Source: Mustelus asterias (Eukaryota). Taken from it: DNA of 64,000 bases. Where the stretch lies: positions 30,566,001-30,630,000 of the forward strand of contig NC_135828.1 in the NCBI RefSeq assembly GCF_964213995.1. The letters run 5' to 3'. Under the pieces are notes generated by a model. It did not search any database and was not told the DNA's origin. It saw only the letters and a program-made list of their open reading frames with translations. Below, piece by piece: positions 27,101 through 38,397 of this stretch; positions within the stretch are counted from its first letter, which is position 1; the number at the start of each line of letters is the position of its first letter. The position numbers and the translations under genes are program-made.

Positions 27101-28344
27101 ATGTCCAAGTCCAGCATATCCTCCCACCTCTTTGATTTGTGTTCCATCTATTAAGGCAACCACACCACATGTCTTATTGACCACTTTATCTGCATCTCCA
27201 GTCACATCCCTTGATCGGTTGTGCATTTTCTCGTGTAAGCTGGAGAAGTGCAATGTTCAGAGACTTAAATCTTAAAGGTAGCCATTTGCTGAAGTTACAA
27301 ATTACAAGAATTGATTACTTAAATAATTATTTTAATTCACATTTGAAATGATGATTCACAAGAGATCGAAGGAGATTCCCACTACTTTATCCTTCAAACT
27401 TAAAAAATACATTTTGTGAAACATGTCAAAGATAGGAAGGGAGCACCTCAACTGGTGAGGACAATTGAATAAACAAAGTCAACTCAACTAACTAACTACA
27501 GATGACTAAATGGTTCAAGTGAAAAAGAAGTTTCAACGATTTAATAAATGGTGTCCCACACATCTATTTTCTTCAAAGTTAAGTGCTTTCCAAGAATCCA
27601 AAGTTGCAGAACGATGCAGAAGAAACGGAAAATGACAACATATCAACACTGTACATATATTTCAATCTTCTCCTCCTTCTTTCCGATCTTTTTTTTTGTG
27701 ACCATGATGTTGAGGATGTCCTGCTGCTTGATCCCTGTTCCAGCATTGCTAATCAAAGTGCTTTGCCAATTTTCCCGAAAACTGGAAGTGAGAGAAAAAA
27801 TGAGGGACAAATATTGAGTATCTTGTGGATTATTGCTTTGATATTTGCTCTTCAAAGAGCTTCTAATCAAAAGACAGATGCTTGTGATATGAATATTTAT
27901 CGATATAGATTAGAAATAGATCTTTATATGCACAAATGTATGATTGCTTGCAACACACCCTCAAGGAGTGATGAGGAGGGAGTTTCTTTATGTCCCAACA
28001 TATTGTGAAATGGAAGTTGTTACCTGAAAGAATGATGGCAGCAGAATGACTGGTAAAGGTCAAGTAGAAAAGGGGAATGCATGCAGCTCATCAAGTGCAA
28101 ATATTGCAAGAAAATCAAACAGGGGAGGAGGGAAAGCCAAAGGTCAGACGATACAGAACGGTGCACTTCAAATCCTGGTGTCTCGGTTCAGAAGATTCAA
28201 ACCGAGAAAAAGCTTGCAATGGCCCCCACTTGCCAAGTCATGTTGATCTATTCAGCCCACGTAAGGTACGACTCCCACCAACAAGACCTATCTGGAAAAA
28301 CTCTTCCACACAGGACATCAACGCAAACACCAACTAATTTAATT

Positions 28345-29915
28345 ATTTTGAAATTTGATTGGGTTTTTTCAACGGGTAACCAAGAAGGTAAATGAGGGCA
28401 CTGCAGTTGATGTTGTCGACATGGGCTTTAGCAAGGCTTTTGACATGATACCCAATGGTAGGTTGTTGCATAAGGTTGAATCTCAAGGGATCCAGGGTGA
28501 GGTAGCTAACTGGATATAAAATTGGCTTCTTGACAGAAGTCATGATGTGGAGATGCCAGCGTTGGACTGGGGTAAGCACAGTAAGAAGTCTCACAACACC
28601 AGGTTAAAGTCCAACAGGTTTATTTGGTAGCAAATACCATAAGCTTTCGGAGCACAGCTCCTTCGTCAGATGGAGTGGATATCTGTTCTCCAACAGTGCT
28701 CTGACACAGAATCTGTGCACTGTTGGAGAACAGATATCCACTCCATCTGACGAAGGAGCTGTGCTCCGAAAGGTTATGGTATTTGCTACCAAATAAACCT
28801 GTTGGACTATAACCTGGTGTTGTGAGACTTCTTACTGTTCTTGACAGAAGCCAGAGGGTGGTTGCAGAGGGATGCTTTTCAAACTGGACGCCTGTGACCA
28901 GCGGTGTGCCTCAGGGATCAGTGCTGGGTCCGCTGTTATTTGTCATTTATATTCACGATATGGATGAGAATATAGGAGGCATGGTTAGTAAGTTTGCAGA
29001 TGACACCAGGATTGGTGGCAGAGTGGACAGCGAAGAAGGTTATCTCGGATTGCCACGGGATCTTGATCAATTGCGCCAATGGACTCACGAATGGCAGATG
29101 GAGTTTAATTTAGATGAATGCAACGTGATGCATCTTGGTAGATTGAACCAGGGCAGGACTTACTCAGTTAATGATAGGGCGTTGGGAATCGTTAAAGAAC
29201 AAAGAGATCTCGGGGTACATTTTCATAGCTCCCTGAAAGTGGAGTCACAGGTGGACAGAGTGGTGAAGAAGGCAATCACATGCTTGGTTTCGTTGGTCAG
29301 AACCATGAATACAGGAGTTGGGACGTCTTGCTGAAGTTGTACAAGACATTGGTAAGGCTACACTTGGAATACTGTGTACTGTGTACAGTTCTGGTCACTG
29401 AAAGGATATTATTAAACTAGAAAGACTGCAGAAAAGATTTACTAGGATGCTACCGGGAATTGATGGTTTGAGTTATAAGGAGAGGCTGGATCGACTGGGA
29501 CTTTTTTCTCTGGAGCATAGAAGGCTGAGGGGTGATCTTACAGAGGTCTATGAAATAATGAGGGGTACAGATCAGCTAGATCGTCAATATCTTTTTCCAA
29601 AGGTGGGGGAGTGTAAAACTGGAGAGCATAGGTTTAAGGTGAGAGGGGAGAGATACAAAGGTGTTCAGAGGGGGATGTTTTCCACACAGAGTGTGTTAAG
29701 TGTCTGGAACAGGCTGCCAGAGGTATTAGTAAAGGCGGGTACAATTTAGTCTTCTAAAAAGCATTTTGACAGTTACACAGGTAAGTTGGGTATAGAGGGA
29801 TATCGGCCAAATACGGGCAATTGGGACTAGCTTAGGGGTTTAAAAAAGAGGTGCCATGGACAAGTTGGGCCGAAGGGTCTGTTTCCATGCTGTAAACCTC
29901 TATGACTCTATGACA
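28345..29915 (+). mobile_element. 5'-truncated decayed CR1 interrupted by a Penelope-derived palindrome
   Basis: PVTSGVPQGSVLGP, FADD, RDLGVH motifs; ctctatgactctatga tail. Confidence 0.92.
28540..28837. mobile_element. Non-autonomous palindromic Penelope-like element, copy 2, with hammerhead-like motifs at 28637-28673 (-) and 28743-28779 (+)
   Basis: Arms ~28579-28699 and 28717-28837; 13-bp TSD ttcttgacagaag at 28527-28539 and 28838-28850; near identical to copy 1. Confidence 0.9.
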
Positions 29916-31276
29916 ACCTGGACCAATGAATGGGAATCTTTGGACTTGACAAACAATTACCTGGTTTCAAATCCAACCCAGCTGTCTGGTTGCAACCTTC
30001 CTTGGAAAGAGTGGTGCAGCCTCAACAGTTTCAAGAGTGGCCATCGCGCCTGCTTGGCAGATAGGGCATTAGTGCCAGCCCACTATGTGTTTCAGGGAAA
30101 GAGAAAACTTTGCACCATATCATAGAGGAGCGTCCAATCACAGACTCAATGGAGGCCTACCGCACTCAAGACGGCAACACCATCAGAAAGAACTGGGCTT
30201 GGGGACTTTTGATCGGTTAAATAAAATAAAGATCAGATATATGAATGAGTAGTCCTTGCCTTCCGAAACCTGTCTGATCTCTTCTCCAGGTCCCATTCCA
30301 TCATATGCGTGCTAGCCATTTGTTTTTCTCTCTCTTTCCATCTGTGTCTTATTAATCTGCTTTCTTCCTAATTCTCCATTCTTACACGTCTCCACACTCT
30401 TCCCTATATCTCGAGCTTATATTGTCTTCCTCGATCTGCCACACTCACCTCATCTATATCTCTTCCGTTTGTTGTTTCTCACATTCACTCTCTCTCCACA
30501 CGTACTTTAATTCCTCCGTGTTAACCTCTATCCACCTCTCATCGTGTTCCCTCAGTGTCCCGCACATTTCATTAATTTCCCTCACCCCTCAGTCCCTCCT
30601 TTTGTTAATGTGTTCGATCACTGTTTGACTCCCCTCAATCTGGCTCTCGCTGCCCCGAACTCTTACAGTTGCAGCATCTAACACCTAATCGCTCTATTCT
30701 CACCCTGCGTCTTGTAATTCTGTCCCTAGTTCCTTATCTGTGTCTGACTATATGATTTTCCATGTCACTTGATTTCTCTCGTCCTGTTTCTGGTCATTTA
30801 TCTTTGTTTACATGGCTATCTGTTTATTTCATTCTTATTCTCTCACTGCCATTCTCTCTCTGCCTTTGACTTGTTCCATCTGTCATTCTAACTTTATTTT
30901 TTATCTTCCTGTTCCAATTGTCTAAATCTGTCTCTTTCTGTCCTTCTCTTCCTCTGCTGTCCTTCTCGTACACTTTCCCTTCCTTCTCTTTGTTTCTATC
31001 TCCATTTCCTCCACCGCCCCCCCCCCCCCGCCCCCACACACACACACCCTATCCTCTCTATCTCTCTGTCTCTATGTAGGATCTCTATTCAAATATCCAA
31101 TCGTCCCCGTGATGTAATTGCACTGCGGATTTGCGTGCTGGCGTCACCTGGATTGTATGTGATATATTCAGAAACGTCTGATGAAAATGTCGCAATGTTT
31201 CTCAAAGTGTGCTGAGTGTTGAAGTCTGGGAGGAAGGAATGGAGTTGAAATTTCACCTGATGATGGCATTGATTCT

Positions 31277-31401
31277 CTACTTAACCCATCCCTTCATCTT
31301 CAGCACTAAGATGGTAATGACAGTCGTATACAGGATACTCTTCGAGATGAGTAACATGTAGGTAGTTTTGGCCATAACTTGTTGCTTCTGTATCCGCTCC
31401 A
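31277..31401 (-). CDS. TRBC: TCR beta-like constant region exon 3 (connecting peptide, transmembrane and, by read-through, cytoplasmic tail)
   Basis: Acceptor ttttccttctgactttcag|TG; translates (V)ERIQKQQVMAKTTYMLLISKSILYTTVITILVLKMKGWVK*, with the antigen-receptor TM pattern YxxLLxKSxLY including the CD3-binding Lys; phase matches the hinge exon. Not in the ORF track; 3' end uncertain. Confidence 0.9.
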
Positions 31402-33487
31402 CTGAAAGTCAGAAGGAAAAACAATACAACTAAACAAGCAGTTGTCTGAACAGGCAGCCTCCTGCAAGTAGACACAGTCACAACAACAACCCACATTCAC
31501 GTGCCAATTTGGTCCAAGTACTTTACAAAAATACAAAACAGACATAAATGTAGAACGAGCTGAACAGGGGAAATTTAGGATTGGTTTTGAATGATTGAGA
31601 AGTTGAAGGGGCCCTCAAGAAGAACAGGAAGGTGGATAAATTCTGTGGGCGTATGTGTGCAGATTAGTTGGGAAGCAGTGATAATCCCAAAACTTGGGTA
31701 TAGTTACCTGAATTCACGTAAAACCGTTAAGAGCAATTTTAATTAAAGCAATTGTAAGTCAGTTGGACCCTATAACCTTTTCCGATATTTATTAAGATCA
31801 TTTTTCATCTATTCCGTCAGCTTCATTTTCCCCACACGATCCCAATATGCCTTAATTCCATTTTTCCAAAATGTTTCACTCTCCATTTTATATATTCTGA
31901 ACGAACGAGCAAGCAGTTCTGTTTTGTGTAGAGAATTGTAAAGATTCATCTAACACATTTGAGTCAAAGTATTTCATATAAACTCAGTCCTATTTTTTTT
32001 TCTTTTGCTCTCCCTAATCTGATCTGCTATTCAACTGTTATGAACCGTGTTATAATCAGCGACTCTCTCGAGACGGTCAGCTGCCCAGGTGTGTATGACT
32101 TGGTGGGAAACCAGTTTGTACTAATGGTGGAAAAATCCTGAGGAGGGATATTTGTGAAAGGCATCAAAGAGTTAGAAGTGATCCAGAGTAAAACATGATG
32201 GTGCTACGCATAAGGTCTTCAGCTCTGTGCACAGCATGGATAAACTGGGGCTGTTCACCTTGAGCAGGATAAAGGTATATCAACTGGATACATTCACAAT
32301 TATGAAGGTTTTCGGAAAAACTGAGTGGGAAGTTAACATTTGGGATGTCAATGGGCTCGGTCACTAAAGGAAGCAGAATTCAGGAACCCAGTGAAAGGAT
32401 GGAAGTTGAGGGGGTGGGGGGGAGGGGGGTGGTTGGGGGTGGGAGTGGGGGGGGGGGGGCGGAGGGGGCGGGGGGGCGGAGGGGGCGGGCGTTGTTTTGT
32501 TTTGCTGGCAGGGTTACTATTATCTGTAAAAAACTATTGAAGATTGAGTTGGTTTCAGCTTACACCGGGCGTTCTAAATGGGAATAGGACACAAACGGTT
32601 GAAGACACAATGTCAACGTTATAGGGAGAAGCTCGGATATGAAACAATGTATTGCCCAACTCTCTACAAAAAACTGGAGCAAACTCCGCCTTTTCTGAGT
32701 ACTGCTTAATCCCATCAGTCATGCCATGCATTTCATTCAATGCAACATTAATGATGATGAATCAAGTGCATGTGTACAGAAGGAGACTATTCAGCCTGTT
32801 AACCCTGTTCCACCATTCACTAAGAATGACAAAATAACAGGTCAATGGCTCTAGTTTCCAGCTACAATACATATCCACTTACAACCTTGGCTAATCAATG
32901 ACTATCAATCTCAGATATAGATATGACAATCGATCCAGCTTTTGTTGGCACTAGTGGAATGGAGTTCCAAGCCTTTGCAGTGCATTGTCTGCAGCAGAAT
33001 TTCCTAAGTCGGCCCTGAAATGTTCATCTCTATTTTTTAGACAATGCCCCTAGCTCTAGACATCCAAGTTATCCCAAACTATCTTCTGTTTCCCTGAATA
33101 TCTTGAAATCTTTGATTCTATGGATTCTATGTATTCTCCTCGATTCAAGCGAATGCAACCCCAGTTTATGTATTCTCGCCTCACAATGTAACCATTGCTG
33201 CCCAGTTATCACCCAGTTAACCTGTTACGCTCCATCCAAGGCCAGCATATTCTTCCTGACATGTGATGTCCAGAACGGAGCACAGAGTAGCAAGTGTTCT
33301 GTAATGAGATCACATGATTTTTGAACTTCTGCATTTTGCTGATTGGATAAAAAAGTCCAGCATGCGTTTGGCATAATTAATGTTGCTTTTGCACTTTCCC
33401 GGACCATCCTAATAATATATGTCCATTTTGTGTGAGAAAAAGACAACTACGTACAGGGAAAACAAATAGAAAACTTAAAGTTCTCAC

Positions 33488-33505
33488 CGTTGCCTTCACA
33501 TAGAC
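33488..33505 (-). CDS. TRBC: TCR beta-like constant region exon 2 (18-nt hinge exon with interchain Cys)
   Basis: tttattacag|GTCTATGTGAAGGCAACG|gtgaga; phase 1-1; encodes (G)LCEGN; same length and Cys position as mammalian TRBC exon 2. Confidence 0.88.
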
Positions 33506-33824
33506 CTGTAATAAATAAATTGAAAAATCGATCACATTAGTTGCTTATCAGTACAGCTTTCACATCACACAAACATGCTGCTACGATAGACGCCATTTCA
33601 CGGAGATAATTGGTTAAAAAAGATTGACAGCGCAGAAAATAGTGAACGCGATCACGATTCATCTCTCGGGGAAATCAACATAAATAGGAAGAAACCTTGC
33701 TAGATGCAGTTTAAGGACAAAATTGTAAGGATACTGACGGGAAGAATTAAGAATCGTAATGTAATGCTTGATGGTGCAGTTTTGAAGGGGTTAGAAAGAA
33801 TTGGTGTGCACACAGTTAGCATGA

Positions 33825-34778
33825 TTGGTGCTGGGTCCACTTTTATTTGTCGTTTATGTTAATGATTCCGATGAGAATATAGGAGACGTGGTTCGTAAGT
33901 TTGCAGCTGACACCAAGATTCGTGGCATAGTGGACAGTGAAGAAGGTTATCTCGGATTGCAACGGGATCTTGATCAATTGGGCCGGCGGGCTGACGAATG
34001 GCAGATGGAGTGTAATTTAGATAAATGCAACGTGATGCATTTTGGCAGATTGAACCAGGGCATGACTTACTCAGTTAATTGTAGGGTTTGGGAAGAGTTA
34101 CAGAGCAAAGAGATCTCGGGGTACAGGTTAATAGCTCCTTGAAAATGGACAGAGTCGTGAAAAAGGCATTCAGTTTCATTTATCAGAACATTGAATACAG
34201 GAGTTGGGACGTCTTGTTGAAGCTTTACAAGACATTGATAAGGCTACACTTGGAATACTGTGCACAGTTCTGGTGACCCTATTATAGAAAGGATATTATT
34301 AAACTAGAAAGAGTGCAGGAGAGATTTGCAAGGATGCTACCGGGTCTTAATGGTTTGAGTTATAAGGAGAGGCTGGAGAGACTGAGACTTTTTTCTCTGG
34401 AGTGTAGAAGGGTGACCTTATAGAGGTCTATAAAATAATGAGGGGCATAGATCAGCTAGATAGTCAACATACTTCCCCAAAGGTAGGGGAATCTAAAACT
34501 CGAGGGCATAGGTCGAAGGTGAGAGTCAGAGATACAAAAGTTGTCCAGAGGGGCATTTGTTTTCTCACAGAGTGTCTGGAACAAGCTGTCAGAGGTAGTA
34601 GTAGAGGTTGGAACAATTTTGTCTTTTAAAAAGCGTTTAGACAGTTACATGGCTAAAATGGGTATACAGAGATATGGGCCAAATATGGGCAACTGGGACT
34701 AGCTTACGGGTTTAAAATAGGCAAATGGACAAGTTGGGCCGAAGGGCCTGTTTCCATGCTGTAAAACTCTATGACTGT
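33825..34778 (+). mobile_element. 5'-truncated decayed CR1 in a TRBC intron
   Basis: VLGPLLFVVYVND, FAAD, HLEYCAQFW; ctctatga tail; same family as 28345-29915. Confidence 0.9.
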
Positions 34779-36877
34779 GAAAGCAACACATTTAATCCTG
34801 ATTGGAAACAGAGCAAGGTGCGATAGGGGGTGAGGGTGGAGGTGAGTGTTGGCGGTGGGGGGGTGGGATGTGGTTGGAGGCGGAGGGCATGGGGGGGGCT
34901 TCTTTGCAGTGAATGGCTAGGAATTGGTGTGCAGTCCCTGGGAGGGCTGCATTATATGATTCAATATTAGCTTCCAAATGACAATTGTATAAATAATTCC
35001 AAGAGGAAAGATTTGCAGGAATAGTGGTGAGGATTTGGAGAGTTGCACTGTGCATTTGAAAGATTTGGCGTAGACACAATGTGCTGCACTATTTGAGAAA
35101 ATTATGGAGTTATATTATGTCTCCAAATTCGGCATTTTGTTTTGTAACTTCCATGGGTATCGACTATCAATGCATGATCTAACAGATTAAAAAGGAACAC
35201 ATGAGTGAATGACTTGATCGAGTTGATTGAAGGACGTCTTCAACATGAGTGTCAACAGTCCATAATAATAGGACGTAATTTGAAAATTGGAGGCAGGCTG
35301 TTGTGGGCACATATTATGAAGCACATTACTAACGCTGCTTTATGAAAGCCTTGTTTTCCAAAGTACTGTTGGGTCTGGGGGTGAATTGAAAATGTCAGGT
35401 CTCTGGTATGGACAAGTCTGACTGGCCGGTCGGGAACAGGAAAATCAGTGATCGCTATGGAACCAAGGCGAGGAAGGACGACTCATCCTTATATTAAATG
35501 GTCGGAGAGGTGAGAGGAGTTGAAGGCCAACTCAAGTTCTTATCTCATTTATGAAGCATCAAACTGTAAATTCCTCTTTCCCTGTACTTCCTTATCCTCA
35601 ATAACTCCTTCTCCGTCTCTTATTATCAGATCATGTTTTATAGATTGGCTTTCTATTTCCCCTGATGTGAACTGGCATTGTATTCTCATTTTCTTGTTTT
35701 GCCACCCGCTCTCCTTCTCAAAATCCTGCCTCGGGTAATGAAACCAATGCTGCATTCAGTCCTCAGCAAGGTAATATATACTGATAGTATCTCTTTGTAA
35801 CATTTCCTAATTCTTTGCTGCATCTGGAGGTGAGTGATGTACAAGGGTAACGAGCTCCCGCTGGATACCAACTGAACAAATTCTACAATGTTGACACCAT
35901 TCTGATACAAATTCTGGCCGGTCGGGAGTCCAAACAAGCGACAGCATCTCATCTTCACCCTTCTGGACCCGCATGGCACCAATGCGCAGCTGAAATCCTG
36001 AATGAATGAGCACTGTTGCAGAAGGGTGTGACTAATGAATAGAACAAATCCATCCCTTTCTCTGTGTGCTGTTCAGCAGAAGTTTGATTCTGGCCCACTT
36101 TCCCAGGCACCTGATGTTATACGATACAACAGTACTTTGCGCCCGATTTGAAACTCTCCACTGGTGCCCCTTTGAGGCAGGAATGTGGTTACTGTAATGT
36201 AAGTACATATCAGCTTGTTCATCTCCTCCTCCTTACAACCTCATGCCCTTGGAATTTACTTACAATTTCAGTAAAAAAATGCAGTTAAATTCTGAAAGAC
36301 TGTTTGATTCTGTCTCCATGACAGTCTGAGGTTCATTCCTCCCAATACATTCACCACTTACACAGGAAAAATGAAGTGTAGTTATTTCGATGGACTGAAA
36401 TACCTACTTTCTGCTCTTATGGCTTATGGGCTCATAGTCCCGGGGTGTGGCATTCACTTTGATAATTGAGCAATACACATTCGTGCACCCACCTCCTGCC
36501 AGTAGTATCATTATCTCACAGTTTGCCATGTCAAATCTGCTTAAGAGTTGGAAGACATTTCTCTCAGCCTTCTTTCTACAAGTAGACCAAATACATCTCA
36601 TCCTGTTTGCTGTTCCTAACTGAGAAGTCTCTGATCCTTGAACAATTTTGGTAAATATTTACCTCTTTAGTAGCTTCGCATATGTCTGAATTGCTGCACA
36701 ATATTCCAGTTGAGGCCGCACAAGTGGTTTTTGTCTCCCCCCACCCCGCCCCCCACAACCCCCCCCCCCCCCTCCCCCGCCCCGCCCCCCTCCACACACA
36801 CATACACATACACTTTTTTCAGGTCGGGTAAACTAAAAGACCGATCAGGGCTGATTCCAGAATGTGAAGACACCCAC

Positions 36878-37213
36878 CTGTCTTACTTCTAATCTTCTCC
36901 TCGGCATGCACCTCCTTCCCTTCTTTACTGTAATGCGTTACTTTGCACGAAAACTCCTGGCGTCCCCAATCCTCCCGGGACACAGTCACCCGGCTGCTCA
37001 CACTGTAGACGTTGAGCTGGGCCTTCACCGGCCTGTCCGTCACCACATACTTCTCCTCGACCTCTTGGCCGTCCGCGCTCCAGTAGAATTTCACATAGTC
37101 CGGAAAGAAGTGACTGGCCAGGCACACTATGGTAACTTTCCTGTGATCCCGGATCTCTTCTTCCGATGGCTCAAAAATCGTCACCTTGGGGTGCTTAACC
37201 TCCTGACCTGCCT
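36878..37213 (-). CDS. TRBC: TCR beta-like constant region exon 1 (C1-set Ig domain)
   Basis: cattccag|AG GCA...; (E)AGQEVKHPKVTIFEPSEEEIRDHRKVTIVCLASHFFPDYVKFYW...YSVSSRVTVSREDW...FSCKVTHY...KIRSKT|gtgggt. TRBC hallmarks FEPSxxEI, VCLAxxFxPD, YxxSSR, W and both Cys are present; frame is open. Confidence 0.95.
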
Positions 37214-37479
37214 CTGGAATGTGTGGAGGACACGGGGAAGAAGGGAGGTGCAACAAACGAAATTTGTTAACAGATGGAACAGATGGAGAGTAACGAAGAT
37301 GATGTTAAACAGGGTTATTTCTCTCTCACCGTTATTCTGGTTGGCAATTGACATTTGTTCACCTGATTATTTGACCTTGTGTTGCATCACACTAAACCTT
37401 GATTCCGCTGCAAACGAGGGGCATTCCATTATCAGATTGTCCCGGAGTGTGTAAAGACATAATTTGAGAAATCGAGCAG

Positions 37480-37930
37480 AACATACACTCAAATACTCAC
37501 TCACACCCACACGCGTATACACACACAGGCACACATATACTCACACACTAAGTCTCACCCAAGCTGTCAAACTGACTCTCATACACAATTATATTCACAC
37601 AGTCACACACACATACACACACTCGCACAAACTCTCGCACACAATCATATCCACATACTCACACATTCAGTCATGCACACACACATTTATGCAGATGCAC
37701 GCTCACAGGCAGACAGACCCGCTCACAGGCAGACAGACGCGCAGGCGAGCATATATGCACACATATACACATACAGACTCAGACATGCATTCTCACACAT
37801 GCAGACATAAACGCTCATAATCACACACATGCTCAGATGCACATACACTCTCATTCATGCGCACACACACATACAATCACACACGTAATTCATACACATG
37901 CACACACACACATACATATACACACACACA
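37480..37930. repeat. Degenerate (CA)n-rich microsatellite
   Basis: Extended cacacata/cacact runs. Confidence 0.85.
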
Positions 37931-38397
37931 AAGTGAAAACATTCAAAACCCTATTTATGAATCCAAATAGAGCATATGGTATTGAACATGGCAATGGTTT
38001 AGTATTTTACTGGACAACAATGATTACAGCTCATTCGTAAAATATATCATCATAAAACATTCCAAAGTTGCTCAAGATACCGATGCTATAAACGTGACAC
38101 AATATATTCCAATATTACCACAAATCCAGTTCGTTTCCTCTCAGCCTCATTTTCCAGCTACTGCCCCAGTCCCTCTCCACATTTTCACATTAATTTTTTA
38201 CTCGCCTCTGTTCCCTTGCAATCTCAAGCCATTTTTTCCTTTCTTCTCCCCTTCTTCCAACCATTTCCCTTGAAACCAACCAATCTTCTTTTTATCTATA
38301 TTCGCACCTCGTTGGCCTTCTCATGTTTTGATTAGAACCTTCTACCCAGCAGATTTCAATCACATTCACTCCCTCTCTTTCTCTGTACATCAGCTGT

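Noticed and set aside
31281-31545. ORF-track proteins with signal-peptide-like starts (31281..31496, 31306..31545)
   Set aside because: Wrong frames over the TRBC transmembrane exon and its acceptor
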